From the NCBI RefSeq assembly GCF_963676685.1, contig NC_092355.1, positions 52,700,001-52,764,000 of the forward strand: 64,000 nucleotides of DNA, in the 5' to 3' direction. The position numbers were made by a program, and so were the translations under genes. Of the stretch, positions 1-11,920 are shown one piece after another. Under the pieces are notes generated by a model. The model made no database searches, was not told the origin of the DNA, and was given only the letters and a program-made list of their open reading frames with translations. The number at the start of each line of letters is the position of its first letter. The first letter of the stretch is position 1. Origin of the DNA: Mytilus edulis (lineage: Eukaryota).

Positions 1-402
1 ACATGTGGTATCTAGACTAGCTTATAAAAGTGAGCAAGTCTTTAATATCGTTATTATTAGGGACCTACTTGTATTGGTCTATAAAAAAAAAATCCAACAA
101 TAACAATTTGTTAGCTTTAAATTTTTAATTATAGATTTATTTCAATTGTTCATTATCAATTTACTTGTCTGTTGTGGACCTTTAAGACTTTTCTTCAACA
201 CTGTGTTGTTTGTGTAAACCACGATTATAAGATGAATGGCATGCAATTTGACTGCACAAATAGCATAGAATGGTGATGATAGATGCAGTTTATAAAATGT
301 TATATTTACACTGCTATACTTTGTATTTTATGTATTATACAGTATAGCTTGAGGTATTATGTTATTCACTCAATTTTGTAATTATTTTATTTCTTATTTC
401 AG

Positions 403-425
403 ACTTTCTCAAAACCAGAGCGTAG
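403..425 (+). CDS. Possible terminal coding exon of a gene entering from the left edge (exon ending at 29, intron 30-402; reads ...HVVSRLAYK-N-FLKTRA*)
   Basis: Donor aaaa|GTGAGC at 30 and pyrimidine-rich acceptor ttcttatttcAG at 401-402; only one frame is open across 1-29; AATAAA near 688. No recognisable homology. Confidence 0.2.
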
Positions 426-1084
426 TATTTATGAGTTGCAGTCAACAGAAAAAAGTAACAAAAGGACCAAAAACTAACACTACAACTGATCATGAATTGT
501 TTAAATCCGACATCAAAGTTTCCATTTGATGTACATGTATATTGCTTTATAGCATTGTGTTATAAATTTGGTAATACAATTTCAGCGATATAGGAAATAA
601 TTTTGATACATGTAATACAATTTTAGTGAAATATAAAATGAATTTGGTATTAATACAATTTAAGTGGACTTATGATATAAAAATATGAATAAAAAATTGT
701 ATCTCAAAGGTTAAATGTTCCACAATTGCTATAATATTATGTAAGCAAATGACGGAGAAAAACAGTGTTTGTTTGTTTTCTTTAGAAAAATTGTGTTTGT
801 TTAATTTCTTTAGAAAAATTGTGTTTGTTTGTTTTCTTTAGAAAAATTAAGACCAAAGTGAGAAATATGTCCTGGAATTGCAATCTCAGACTCAAGTTGT
901 TAAGAAAAAAAATAACTTGTAAGGCATTTATACAAATTTTAAATAATATAAATGCCAATGAACATGATGAAACAACTTTTCTGTCTGTTCTATGTTTCGG
1001 GTTGTTGTCTCTTTGACAGATTCCCCATTTCCATTCTCAATTTTATCTTCATTTATATGACACAGAAATTAGCTACTAAAGGTA

Positions 1085-1270
1085 TGGCCTTCAAAAATGA
1101 GAAAAAACAAAACTGCATAGTCTGCTATGCTAAAAAGCCCAGAAATGACAAATAATGAATGAAAAACAAATATGATGTACAGCAACAAAAGACAACTGCT
1201 AAATTACAGGCTCCTGACTGAGAACAGTCATACAGAATCATTATGGGGCAGGGTCAACCCGTTAACTCCT
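1085..1270 (-). repeat. Degenerate fragment of the twister-bearing Penelope-related repeat family
   Basis: ctgctaaattacaggctcctgactgagaacag resembles the reverse complement of cctgtcccaagtcaggagcctgtaattcagtgg seen in the 47.9-kb and 9.5-kb copies. Confidence 0.5.
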
Positions 1271-2113
1271 TTATTTAAGGAATGACTGTTATATTTTTTC
1301 TGTCTATGAAGACATAACATAAAAATTGTGGTGCACACTGAATAACACGTGTGATTTAAAGTCTGGACTTTTTAATAGCAGAAAATAATACATATAATAG
1401 TCATTTCCTATAATTTAATTCTTAATTTAATTTTAAACCAGAGTAAATCATGAAAAGACGTTGATGATGTCACAGTCACCTGACAAAATTATATCTATGG
1501 GCTGATTAACAGAACAACGCCAGCCAATCAGAAGACACGTTACATCCAAAATTGAATCATACAGAAATACAGTTGAAAATTTACAGCCACTTCTTTTTAG
1601 AGAAACCTTTTTCAGAAAATACGCTGTCACCCCGAAGGAAGGAAGGTTGGTTGTATTTAAAAAAAAATGCAAACGGAGTTTTCTTCTAATTTATTCTTAT
1701 TTCTGTGGGTGGTGGGGTGTAAAAGTAGTGCTGTCCCTGGATGGGACATAGTATTTTCTGAAGCAACCCTTAATAGGAATTAAAAATCAAATTATGTTTG
1801 TATTCTGTGATTCTGGAACACGCACACATTCCCCCCTGTTTTCCAAACAAACATTTCCCGTGTTTTAATTCCTGATTTTTTTTATGAAATAGTCCACACT
1901 TTATACTGTAGAGTGGATTGTTTGCTAAAGATTTTTTTCATTTGATTCATTTGAAATATGCAGAACATTACCTTTCTGTTGGTGATGCAGGTAAACTTGA
2001 TGTTCAGGAATATATGAAGGTATGGTGGGAATAAGGTAGGTGTTTCTCCACAATTGATGGAAAACTAAGCCAAAAATAAATATTTTTGTGAAATTAAGTC
2101 GATAAATTAAACT

Positions 2114-3798
2114 CAGTGGCGTAGCTTGCCTTCTGTAAATACCGAGGCAGGGGATCAGAGGGGCGCAGCCCCCCTGAAGCTATAGAAGTTTTTACAATTT
2201 GAACAAGAAAAAATCGCTAAAAATAGTTGCTGTTCAATGTTATTTCATCATAATAATGTTAATTATATGCCTTACTATCTATACTCAAAGCTATAAAAAT
2301 AACAAAATACGTGAAAGTATCACATTACACCACCAATGAAAAGTCAGTTTCCTGACTTGCTAGCAGTACAGAAAGCCAACTCAAATGCCTAATGGCTCCC
2401 AATATATTTCCAAGCCGTACTACACGCTAACAAGGATTTGTATAGTTACTATAAAAATCCTTGACTCTAATATAGTTGGCTGTACCTCACACGTCATATC
2501 ACAAGAAATCATGACCTTGCTTGGTGGATAGAAGAAACCTGTACAAAATGTTCAATACAGAAAAAAAACACAAATATTAAGGTTTATTTGTAATAAGTTT
2601 TGTGATAATCATTTATTTGGTCGTAGGTCACGAATCAACGAATTATAGATAATCACCAAAAAATGACAGCTGGATTGAACAAACGAATTTCAGGATAAAC
2701 TAGGAGAAAAACATTCTACATGTAAAGTGTAGCACGGCACTTGTTTTAGTGGTGTATTCCTTCGAAGGTCTTGAAATTACATATTGAATGATTTTTAACT
2801 TTTGTTTTCATTCACGATGAACATCACAACCGGCGAATAACTTACATTTACTTTATTCTGAAGTCTTCATTATAAATGAAAAGTACTTGGTTGATTTTTT
2901 ATATATATATATATAAACTGACGTTAATAACTAACAGACATATTTCTCTGGAATTAGTTATTCCTTTGAATATTTTAAATTCCCTGCTTGTGAAAACGTA
3001 CTATGAATTTAAAATAGCGAGAATAAAACTTGAGAACCACAATATATTTTAAAAATTATTTTCTGTGCACTGTAATATATAAATGCATATTTTGTTTTGT
3101 TTAGTACCAAAGTCAATGAACATAGTCGTAGGGGAACATGTCAACGGTTATAAATGAACGCTTAGAATGGGATTATCAAATATTTATTTTTTTAATCATT
3201 GTCTCCCATAATTTGATTTTCATTTATTTTATAATTTAGCACCATTTTAAATCCATATTTCTTTAGATTTAAATTAATCTCAGGGCCGATTTTTCTGTTT
3301 TCTTAAAACTGCACCCAGGCTCTCATAAACTAGAAATTATTCTGACACAAAATTAACTAATTGACCTAATTCAATGGTAAAGTGATTTGATCGGGGACTC
3401 GCGAGTTGCATCCTCATCTATTCTACCAAAGACAATGTATTATATGTCTCTGATTCTACTCACTGTTTTCGCTTGCAATGGGGTAGGACAAAATAAATCT
3501 GTTGTCGATTTCCTGTTACTCTGACAAACTTAAATTACAGAAAACTACCGGAAAGGGTATTTCCAAGTAGAGGAGAGAACATTAATTCGAATGCTCCCAT
3601 AAGTCTTAAATAATTCGTAAAAGGTATGAATCAATAACCGCGCCAACAAGACTTAACAAGTTGCTAAATTATTGTTTAGTATAACGTAGCCAGTTTGTTG
3701 CAATAATCATTTAAAAGAAAATACAGTGAAGGAAAACATTTTTTACCGAGGCTACCGAGGCAGTTGCCTCGGTTGCCTCAACGTAAGCTACGCCCCTG
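2114..3798. mobile_element. Non-autonomous hAT-like DNA transposon (~1.7 kb)
   Basis: TIRs CAGTGGCGTAGCT / AGCTACGCCCCTG; subterminal ACCGAGGC repeats at both ends; 8-bp TSD not cleanly preserved; no coding capacity. Confidence 0.7.
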
Positions 3799-4869
3799 AT
3801 ACTTTAAACACTGAAATTAAAACAAAATATGCTGGTGGAAAATTTCAAGGTGTCCTCTTCAAAAATGAATCTGGAAATAATATTCTATTCTACAAGGGTG
3901 GCCAAAGGTAGCAAGGGCCATATGAAAGAAAGTGGGCAGTGAGAAATGAGGGACAATATAATTTGTACATCTGAATATTCATTCTCAAATTCATCAACTT
4001 GAGGCCTTTAATATCACAAAATCTGGTATATTTTACAAAGTATTGAAAGATCGTACCCCTAAAAGCGTACTTGGACTTGACAGAAAAAATATTTGATCAC
4101 AAAAATATTTATTTTTTCAATTCTGGCAGTAGTAAAAGTTTAATACATCAAATGAATAAACAGAATAATATTTAAACAATAAAAATAAATACAAATAACA
4201 CTTGTATTAAAGGCACAAAACTGTCCATCAATTCAAGTTTTCGCGGTATTTACACTTCTCCGGAAAATTGGATCTGTCCGCACATGTTCAAGCCTGTTCA
4301 AGGAGTTCTCAAACAACGTCTTTAAAGCGTTTGATAATGGCCCTGAAATGATACAAAATAAAACTCGATTAATAATATTGAAAAGTCCAGCGTGTTCCTG
4401 GATACAGAATTACTGGATTTTAACCATTCTCAAACAAGAAATGTCTCTTTTAACAGAAAATTGCTATCCAAATACGTAAATATCTTGATATTAATGAAAA
4501 CGAGTGGTGTTAATGGGACAAATCGTACAAACATCCCTTTTTTCATCAGATTTACACCAGTTTTTACCCTTTGTCAGTATAGCTTAAACTTTGGATAGCA
4601 TTTTTCAGAAAATATACATTCAGACGATTTCATTGATGCTTTGTTTTTTTGTTGAAAGGTTCCAGCAACACGCTGGAATTTTGAGTTAAAAATGAAATAA
4701 ACACCTTCAGTAGCTGCTTGGGTCACGTGACTACTTTCACTTTTGATGTAAACAAACCGTGAAAAATTAAATTTAGATTTTAATGATTAACACTACTACC
4801 ACTGCTAAGAAATCTTTTTCTGGCAATTCTATGTTAAAATTGTTTAAAAACAGTAACTTTTTTAACGTA

Positions 4870-6760
4870 TTTTTCTCGTAAAGTGCCTTAATATCACTGC
4901 GTGGCGATCTATCGCGATTGTATTTCTCAGGAGATCTTTCACGTGTATATTGATCAGGTGATCTTCCATTGAACTGGTGATCTTGCATGATTATTTGATC
5001 AGAAGAACCGAGGTTATATTGATCGTTCAATCCACGATTATGCTTATTAGTTGAAAGCATAACATCAGCTAGTGTTAGGACAATTTGTGTGAGGTTATGT
5101 ACCTCATTATCCAAAGGACTGCTCATATTTCCTTTAACGGTCGGTTATACTGCGCCATCAGCAAAGTAGACTTGTCGATGATTATAATGGGCACTTTTTG
5201 ATCTATATATCGCCATCTGGTTTGCTATTGAGGTTTTCAATTGTTTTAACGCCGTGTTGAATGTTTCTAGGTTCCTCTCTATTACATGAATAGAAGAATC
5301 TTTGTCTTTACATCCTCGGAGGAATGCTTCGGTTCCAATCTGGTTTGATCGTCTTTTTTGCTGAAGCGCTGCTCCAAACGAATTTTGTAAGGCCTTGTAA
5401 TCATCATATGTGTTAACCTTACGCGCGAACTCAAAGCCAACATCGGCCTGGCAATCAGGAGCCTACACACACATTTTTCGTGTTTTCCCATTGTCATCTA
5501 CCGGCAGTTCGTTCAAATTGGTAAATGAACTCCTCCCAATTCAAGGATTCACTTCAATTGAGTGTTTGCGTTTTTTTGAGCTGTTGGCCTCGGCTACGTA
5601 CGGTCCCTTGCACCAAGATATCTTGCCATCGGGTATATTCTCTCTCCAATGATGAGGCTCCACATTCTTTTTGTTTCCTCCTGTTTCCCGGATCGGTCAG
5701 TGGAGTCAGCTTGCTGTTATGGGAAGTCTGTTAGAGCTCCAGGAGCTGACGAGGTTGTCATAATTGGAGTGATAAATGTGGGATTTGCCATTGACTCGAC
5801 GGGGATGATACCGGAAGTAGGCACTGTATTGGAGAAAATTGATAGAATCAACTTGCAGCCAATTGTTTCTGTAATGGTGTGCTGGTCTAAACCCAATATT
5901 ATTGACTCATAGTAGATGGTTAGTGTGCGTAAGAAGACACATAAACCTTTTGATGGTATCCTTGAGGTTTATAGTATGTTTTTAAATGGAGATTGTTGTT
6001 GAATAATTTGAACTGTCTCATGCAGGACCAAAGGCCCTGCCATAAGACTTTTGCCTTAAGGTGAAGACACCTTCAACAGAGTAAAAGCGGTTTATGGTTC
6101 ATGCGAACTACAATTAGAGAAAGACCCAAGGCATGGTTTTTGTTGTGTACTTTTTGTAAACTTGCGTTATACTGGCTAAGGTCAAGTTTTGGCTTAGATG
6201 ATGTGTCCATTGCAGGATTCTTAACTTCTTTGTTTCGATTCTCCACTAATTCATGTACAACAGATGCCAGTTGGTTGAAGGTACCCTGCTGTTCAAATGC
6301 ACTTTTAAATTAACTGTGTCTCCTTCCTCCGTTGTTGTCAGCTTGTCCATCCGTCTCACCACAACATTGGATATCTTATAGGTCTGACCATCAATTTCGC
6401 CAAGCAATTACCACTAGCCTTATGGTCTATCCTGTTTTCAGACTACTGAAGTTGTAGCGATATCAATATTCATTGCCTCTTTCTGTTAAGCTTGAATCGT
6501 AATGAAACCAACACATATTTTATCAATTCGCTGTTCGCTCTGTTTTATATTGCGGTAAATGTCAGCCGTTCTTTCAGCATTAGATTTTCTATCTGCTAAA
6601 AATTCTTGGTACAATTGTTTAGTAGTCATTTATGAGCTGCCCTGTGTTGAGGCGTCTTTAACTGTGGGTTTCTCCATATCCCCAAGTGATTCAGTTTCTG
6701 CCATTTCAAAGTTCTTGTCCTTGTTGTCCTCAATTCCTGTCTTTTCACTGATATGTGTTT
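4870..6760 (-). mobile_element. Degenerate Ty3/Gypsy-type gag relic
   Basis: Frameshifted minus-strand translation gives a coiled-coil-like N-terminus, NWEEFIYQFERTA.R.QW, EFARKVNTYDDYKAL, LEQRFSKKDD and RSP repeats (ORF 4773-5126); many stops; no pol. Confidence 0.6.
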
Positions 6761-7029
6761 AAATGAATCTCAATTCACAGTATAATATTTCAAATTGCAA
6801 AATATTGCGACTCAAGAAATAACATAAGCACTGGATAATATCTTAAGGCAGGAAAATCCCAAATCGAAGCTTTTCTGTGTGACCCGAGAAAACAAATAGT
6901 GCAGCTTTTTATGAAAGCTACTACTGTAGCTTTTTATGAAAGCTACTACTTTATGTACACATGACAAGCACGGCAAAATCAAAAAGACAGAACTGGGACA
7001 GATACTAAATGACACTATACATCAATAAA

Positions 7030-7384
7030 ATGCTTATATTCAGGTCAATTCTCAATAATGAATATTTGCTAATTTTTCAAGGCGGCCATTTTGAAAATAG
7101 CCGCCATTTTATATTTCAAAGATAAATCAAAACAAAATCTTGCTAAGTACACCAAGTCACTCAAATATGTTGATTTGTGTGCTTCCAGCATCAAATCAAC
7201 TGTGGTTTGTGCAATACTGGAAAATATTAAGAACGTACGGCAGCCATCTTGAAATAAGCCGCCATATTGAATTTTGTGGATGGGTCTATAGCTAATATTG
7301 CTCAGTACACAAAAATGTACCATCATGCACGAATTGGTGCTTTCCTCATTATTTGAGCAATTTTTTCAGCGATCGACCGGACTA
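7030..7384. mobile_element. Solitary Academ-like terminus
   Basis: Ends ...cgaccggACTA (TAGT terminus on minus) with repeated AAAATGGCGGC-type subterminal motifs, the same layout as the ends of the 49969-53587 element. Confidence 0.5.
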
Positions 7385-7739
7385 TTTTGATGTACCTTAT
7401 CATGTTATATGTAAGTTCAGTGTATCCAGGATACGATGGCAATCTTCGTTAACGTGCGTTTACTAAAAATAAAAATAAAAGACACGCCTTCTTTCGCGTT
7501 AACGCGAAGTAAACGCCCGTTTACTCTTTACAAAATTAGAAGACGCGCCGTTTCCACCTTAACGCGGAGTTTACTTTTTTTACGTCTACTTAAATTTCGG
7601 AGTTAACGCAGAGTTAACGCGCCTTTTACATGAAGTGCACGCGAGTAAACGCCGCGTTAACTTTTTCAACCCGTTTACATGTAATGCTTGGTCTGCACCC
7701 AATTGTGCGGCAGCTTTACAATTAAAAAAACAAGGCATG

Positions 7740-8095
7740 CTGATGACGCTATTTAATCCCATTTCCAAACTGTATTTATGCAAATGTATAGAGTAGTGCA
7801 TAAAATAACGACTGATATTCATAGTCTTTAAATCTGTCAAATTGCTTGTTTTTGACAAAAGTATTGAATACTTGTTTATCTATAACATAGTGAATAAATC
7901 TTCTGATACAATCCAAGGAACAAGACAAATTACTTCCCAATTTACTATCTGATGGATCACGTTCTTGCCACAAATAAAACATTATATTTATGATGAAAAA
8001 AAAAACCATACAGCTAGACTTACCTCACATTTTGTTTTACATATAATCCTTTACAATGATGGGGAGTAACGCTACCTACATAAATAAATAGGCGC
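7740..8095 (-). pseudogene. cGLR/Mab-21 pseudogene fragment (third cluster copy)
   Basis: ORF 7776-8009 IMFYLWQERDPSD..NLSCSLDCIRRFIHYV..DRFKD aligns to IMFWLSEEISPSE..MISCFLDCIRRLVYCV..DRFTD of the intact paralogs; upstream ALLPIIVKD matches ALLKIILKD; stops and frameshifts. Confidence 0.8.
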
Positions 8096-8384
8096 AAATT
8101 GATTGTTCAACCAATCTTCTGCAATTCATATCTATCTTTGCTACTCTTATTGTCATTGAGAAAACAAGCATATCAGTATTAAAATACATGAATGTACGTC
8201 AAGTCAAAAAAAGTTTGGTTTAAGATTCATACATTTTGAAACTGAAAAAAAAAAATGTTTTGATACAGGAAATATCCCTAAACAGAATTTAAGATAAAAT
8301 TTAAGAAAACGATGAATAAGTTCTGAAAAAAGTATTACATCATTGTTCTTGTATTTACTTTGCAACATTTGTTGATCGAATAAT

Positions 8385-8796
8385 CAATTTAACATGTGTT
8401 GATCTAATACAGCAATTTAACATGTGTTGATCTAATATAGCAATTTAACATGTATTGATCTAGTATAGCAATTTAACATGTGTTGATCTAATATAGCAAT
8501 TTAACATTTGTTGATCTAATATCGCAATTTAACATTTGCTGATCTAATATAGCAATTTAACATATGTTGATCTGATATAGCAATTTAACATTTGTTGATC
8601 TAATATCGCAATTTATCATTTGCTGATCTAATATAGCAATTTAACATTTGTTGAACTAATATAGCAATTTAACATTTGTTGATCTAATATAAGCAATTTA
8701 ACATTTGTTGATGTAATATAGCAATTTATTATTTATTGATCTGATATAGCAATTTAACATTTGTTGATCTAATGTAGCAATTTAACATTTGTTGAG
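8385..8796. repeat. Minisatellite, 28-bp unit (caatttaacat[t/g]tgttgatctaatatag), ~14-15 copies
   Basis: Head-to-tail units with 28-bp period (8385, 8413, ...), point variants, no spacers. Confidence 0.95.
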
Positions 8797-9159
8797 CAAA
8801 TACAAAAAATCGGTCTATAAAACACTTAAAAGGAAAATGACAGATGGAGTAACATAACTGCCCCCAATACCAGCTGGGGTTAACACAGATGGGCTGGAAA
8901 GTCAAGCAGATAATGCTGCTTTATTTACATCCGTCATGTTGATGAAGATGAACATGATGCAGTGATTAACTATTTAAATAGGGGAAGCAGGATTCTGGCT
9001 TCAGACAAGCCATCATATGTTGCAGAGAAATTCAATAATTATCAACCAAGTCATGATGGCGTCCATCAAATGGAAAGGGGTAACTACAACACTTCTTATA
9101 GGAATCATCAAATGTGAATTATAGAACGAACCAATTTACTTTAGTTTCAATAGTCCTTA

Positions 9160-9950
9160 TATAAAATAAGGAGATGAGGTGTGATTGAAAATGAGACAAA
9201 TGTCCACCAAAGTTCAAATAAAGCTGATGTGAGCAATTATAGGCAACTGTACGGTCTTCAACAATGTTTAAAACATATATCAAATAGTCCGCTAGAAAAG
9301 GCCCGGAAATAAAATAAAAAAGACCTCAGTGGAGAAAACTATCGGTCGAATTCATAAGACAACATCTGTATTTTTGTCCATCTGATTAGTTGAGCCTCTT
9401 TCAACTGATTTTTATAGTTCGTTCTTAAGTTGTACTGTTATACCACTGTCCCAGGTTAGGGGAGTGTTGGGATCCCGCTAACATGTTTCACCCCGCCACA
9501 TTATGTATGTATGTGTCTGTCACTAGTCAGAAGCCTGCAATTCCGTGGTTGTCGTTTGTTTATGTGATACATATTTGTTTTTCGGTCATGTTTTAAAATG
9601 AATAAGGTCATTATATTTCTCGTTTGAATTGTTTTATATTGTCATTTCGGGATTTGCGCATTGTTGATGGCCATGTGGTGACCTATAGTTATTAATTTCT
9701 GTGTCATTTTGGTCTCTTGTGGAGAGTTTTCTCATTGGCAATCATACCACATCTTCTTTTTTATATTTAACGAAAATCAACTATGACAGACATAAACAAA
9801 CGACAAACACTGAACTATAGTTTCCTGTGAAAACAGGTTCATAAAGAAATGAAGAGCATGTTTGTGAGTGCTCATCTCTCCTCATAACCTAGGACAATGG
9901 TTACACAGCACAACAGAAAAAAAACTGTAAAATCAGTTAAAAAATGCTTT
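9160..9950. mobile_element. Nested copies of the twister-bearing repeat: an older minus-strand copy (9160-9360 and 9767-9950) interrupted by a plus-strand copy (~9361-9766)
   Basis: Plus copy is co-linear with 47780-48210 and ends ctcattggcaatcataccacatcttctttttt; flanks are reverse-complement pieces of the same family. Confidence 0.7.
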
Positions 9951-11132
9951 ATGATCCTTATGGTCATGGGGACCTCAATATCGTCACGACCAAGATATTC
10001 TTTTTTTTAAAAGGACCAAGAAATCATCCTGTTTATAAAACAACTGGGGAAAAGTGTCTTCTGGTCACAATAGACTCTCTTCCGTTGTATCGTAAAAATT
10101 CATGTTAAAAGGGAAAAATCTGATAAAAATGTTGATTCTTTTTTTAAATAAATGTATGAATATGGTAGCTATTAGAATATCACATTTTGCAAAAAATTTA
10201 GAAATGAACAAAAGTGAACATAATACGCTTATTTCTTGATTAAGAAACACATTTTAATTATTTTCAAAGCGGTTTGTGTTTTTACCGGACGACAAAGTAA
10301 ACAACAATGTGGTGACGATATGCAGTAAATACTACACGGACGTTCTTTAAACTCTTCTACCTTCAAGTCCGTGCGCTCTACATAGAGTCATATAGTAAAC
10401 AAACATATTTCAGCTTAATACCTCTTCTGAACATTTGCAGGTTCCTACTATATATTGGTTATCTAAACTACACAAATACAGTAACATATAGTTTTATCTC
10501 TGCCTTTAGTAAGTGTTCTACAACAAAAAATTCATTTCATAAATCCTATTTAAGACTTTATCATTAACTTTTATAAAAGAAATTACGAAAATAGTGAAAT
10601 TAATTATTGTTAAGTTAAAATAATCATGTATGTGTTGTTTTTAAATTACGCGCTTTGTTATTGTCCTTTTTGCTCTGTTGACAGTTTTGACTTTACAAGT
10701 TACAATTACAATGTTGAATGGATATATGAGAATGAGTTTATTCAAAGGATGGTAAATTAACCTGGATCATATATAACTTTGTGGGTTCAGTTAGCAACAT
10801 CAGCATGTGCTAAACAGCCTGTAATACGTTATGCAAACATCACTACAGACACGGACATAACGAAAGAGTTGATATATATAAACACAGTAAAATGTTACAA
10901 GAAGAACTCACCAACAATATTGGAATATTTTTGACATTAATGTTGTTATACCAGTGTATATTCAAGTAAGAAACTACGTCTAGCTTGCATTTAAAATTGT
11001 ACAAATCACCAATATCAAAGTCATTTAAAACCATTTTGAGTTATGCATGTCAGATTATCATATAAAACGACATTGAAAATTAATCGAACCTCCAAATATT
11101 CCTCATCAGAAATGAAGGCAATTACAGTGATA

Positions 11133-11329
11133 CCGTATATCAGGTTGTTTTCGCGGGTTGTACATTTACGCTTTTTTTCGCGGATAGAACAAAATCACCT
11201 ATATAAATTCAACACAATTAAAAGTGTACATGTATAGGTATATATAAAAGATTTGAATCCGCCAAAAAATTTCGTATACCTTATTCAAATCGCGAAATGT
11301 TACACCCGCGAATATAACCCGCTGTACGG
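11133..11329. mobile_element. ~200-bp MITE (Tc1/mariner-like)
   Basis: Imperfect TIRs ccgtatatcaggttgttttcgcgggt / acccgcgaatataacccgctgtacgg; TA at left flank. Confidence 0.6.
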
Positions 11330-11920
11330 CAATTCATCGCCTCTATATTTAACATGAATCGCATTCAGTGATTTATATTATGGATTCTGCTGCTTCTATT
11401 ACATCTTTTGGACTTTAATACTGTTATTATAAATCATACAAGTTATATTCAATTGAAATTATGTAAAAACATATCAAATCAATCATTTTGTATTTTCAAA
11501 AATAAAACAAAAACAGTTTTTCCCATTATCCTTTATTGTACAATTGACATACTCGCTCACAAAAGTTAAAATTAACTATCTGGATTCGCACTTTATATAC
11601 ACTGTTACTCCAATGTCTTCTCCGTTAACGTATATAAATCTATCGCAGACTTTTTGTTAAATTACTTGTAAGATTTAGTGCCTTCAACGTTATGAAAATA
11701 TGTTATTTTTTTCAATTTCGTAGTTTTTTACTGATGAATTGTTTGCAATAACCCTTCACACGTTTTGGGTTGCTTGCCAATATAAACATTTAATGATGTT
11801 AATTCATGAATTGTTATAAACTTGAACAAAAGTTAATCGTCAAGATCACAAACTATAACTTAAAATTTGATTTATTAGGTATGCACCTCACCGTCTATTT
11901 TTTAAAAATCATTATGATAA

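Noticed and set aside
8385-8796. 28-bp array as a CRISPR array
   Set aside because: Head-to-tail units with no unique spacers, no cas genes, eukaryotic context; it is a minisatellite
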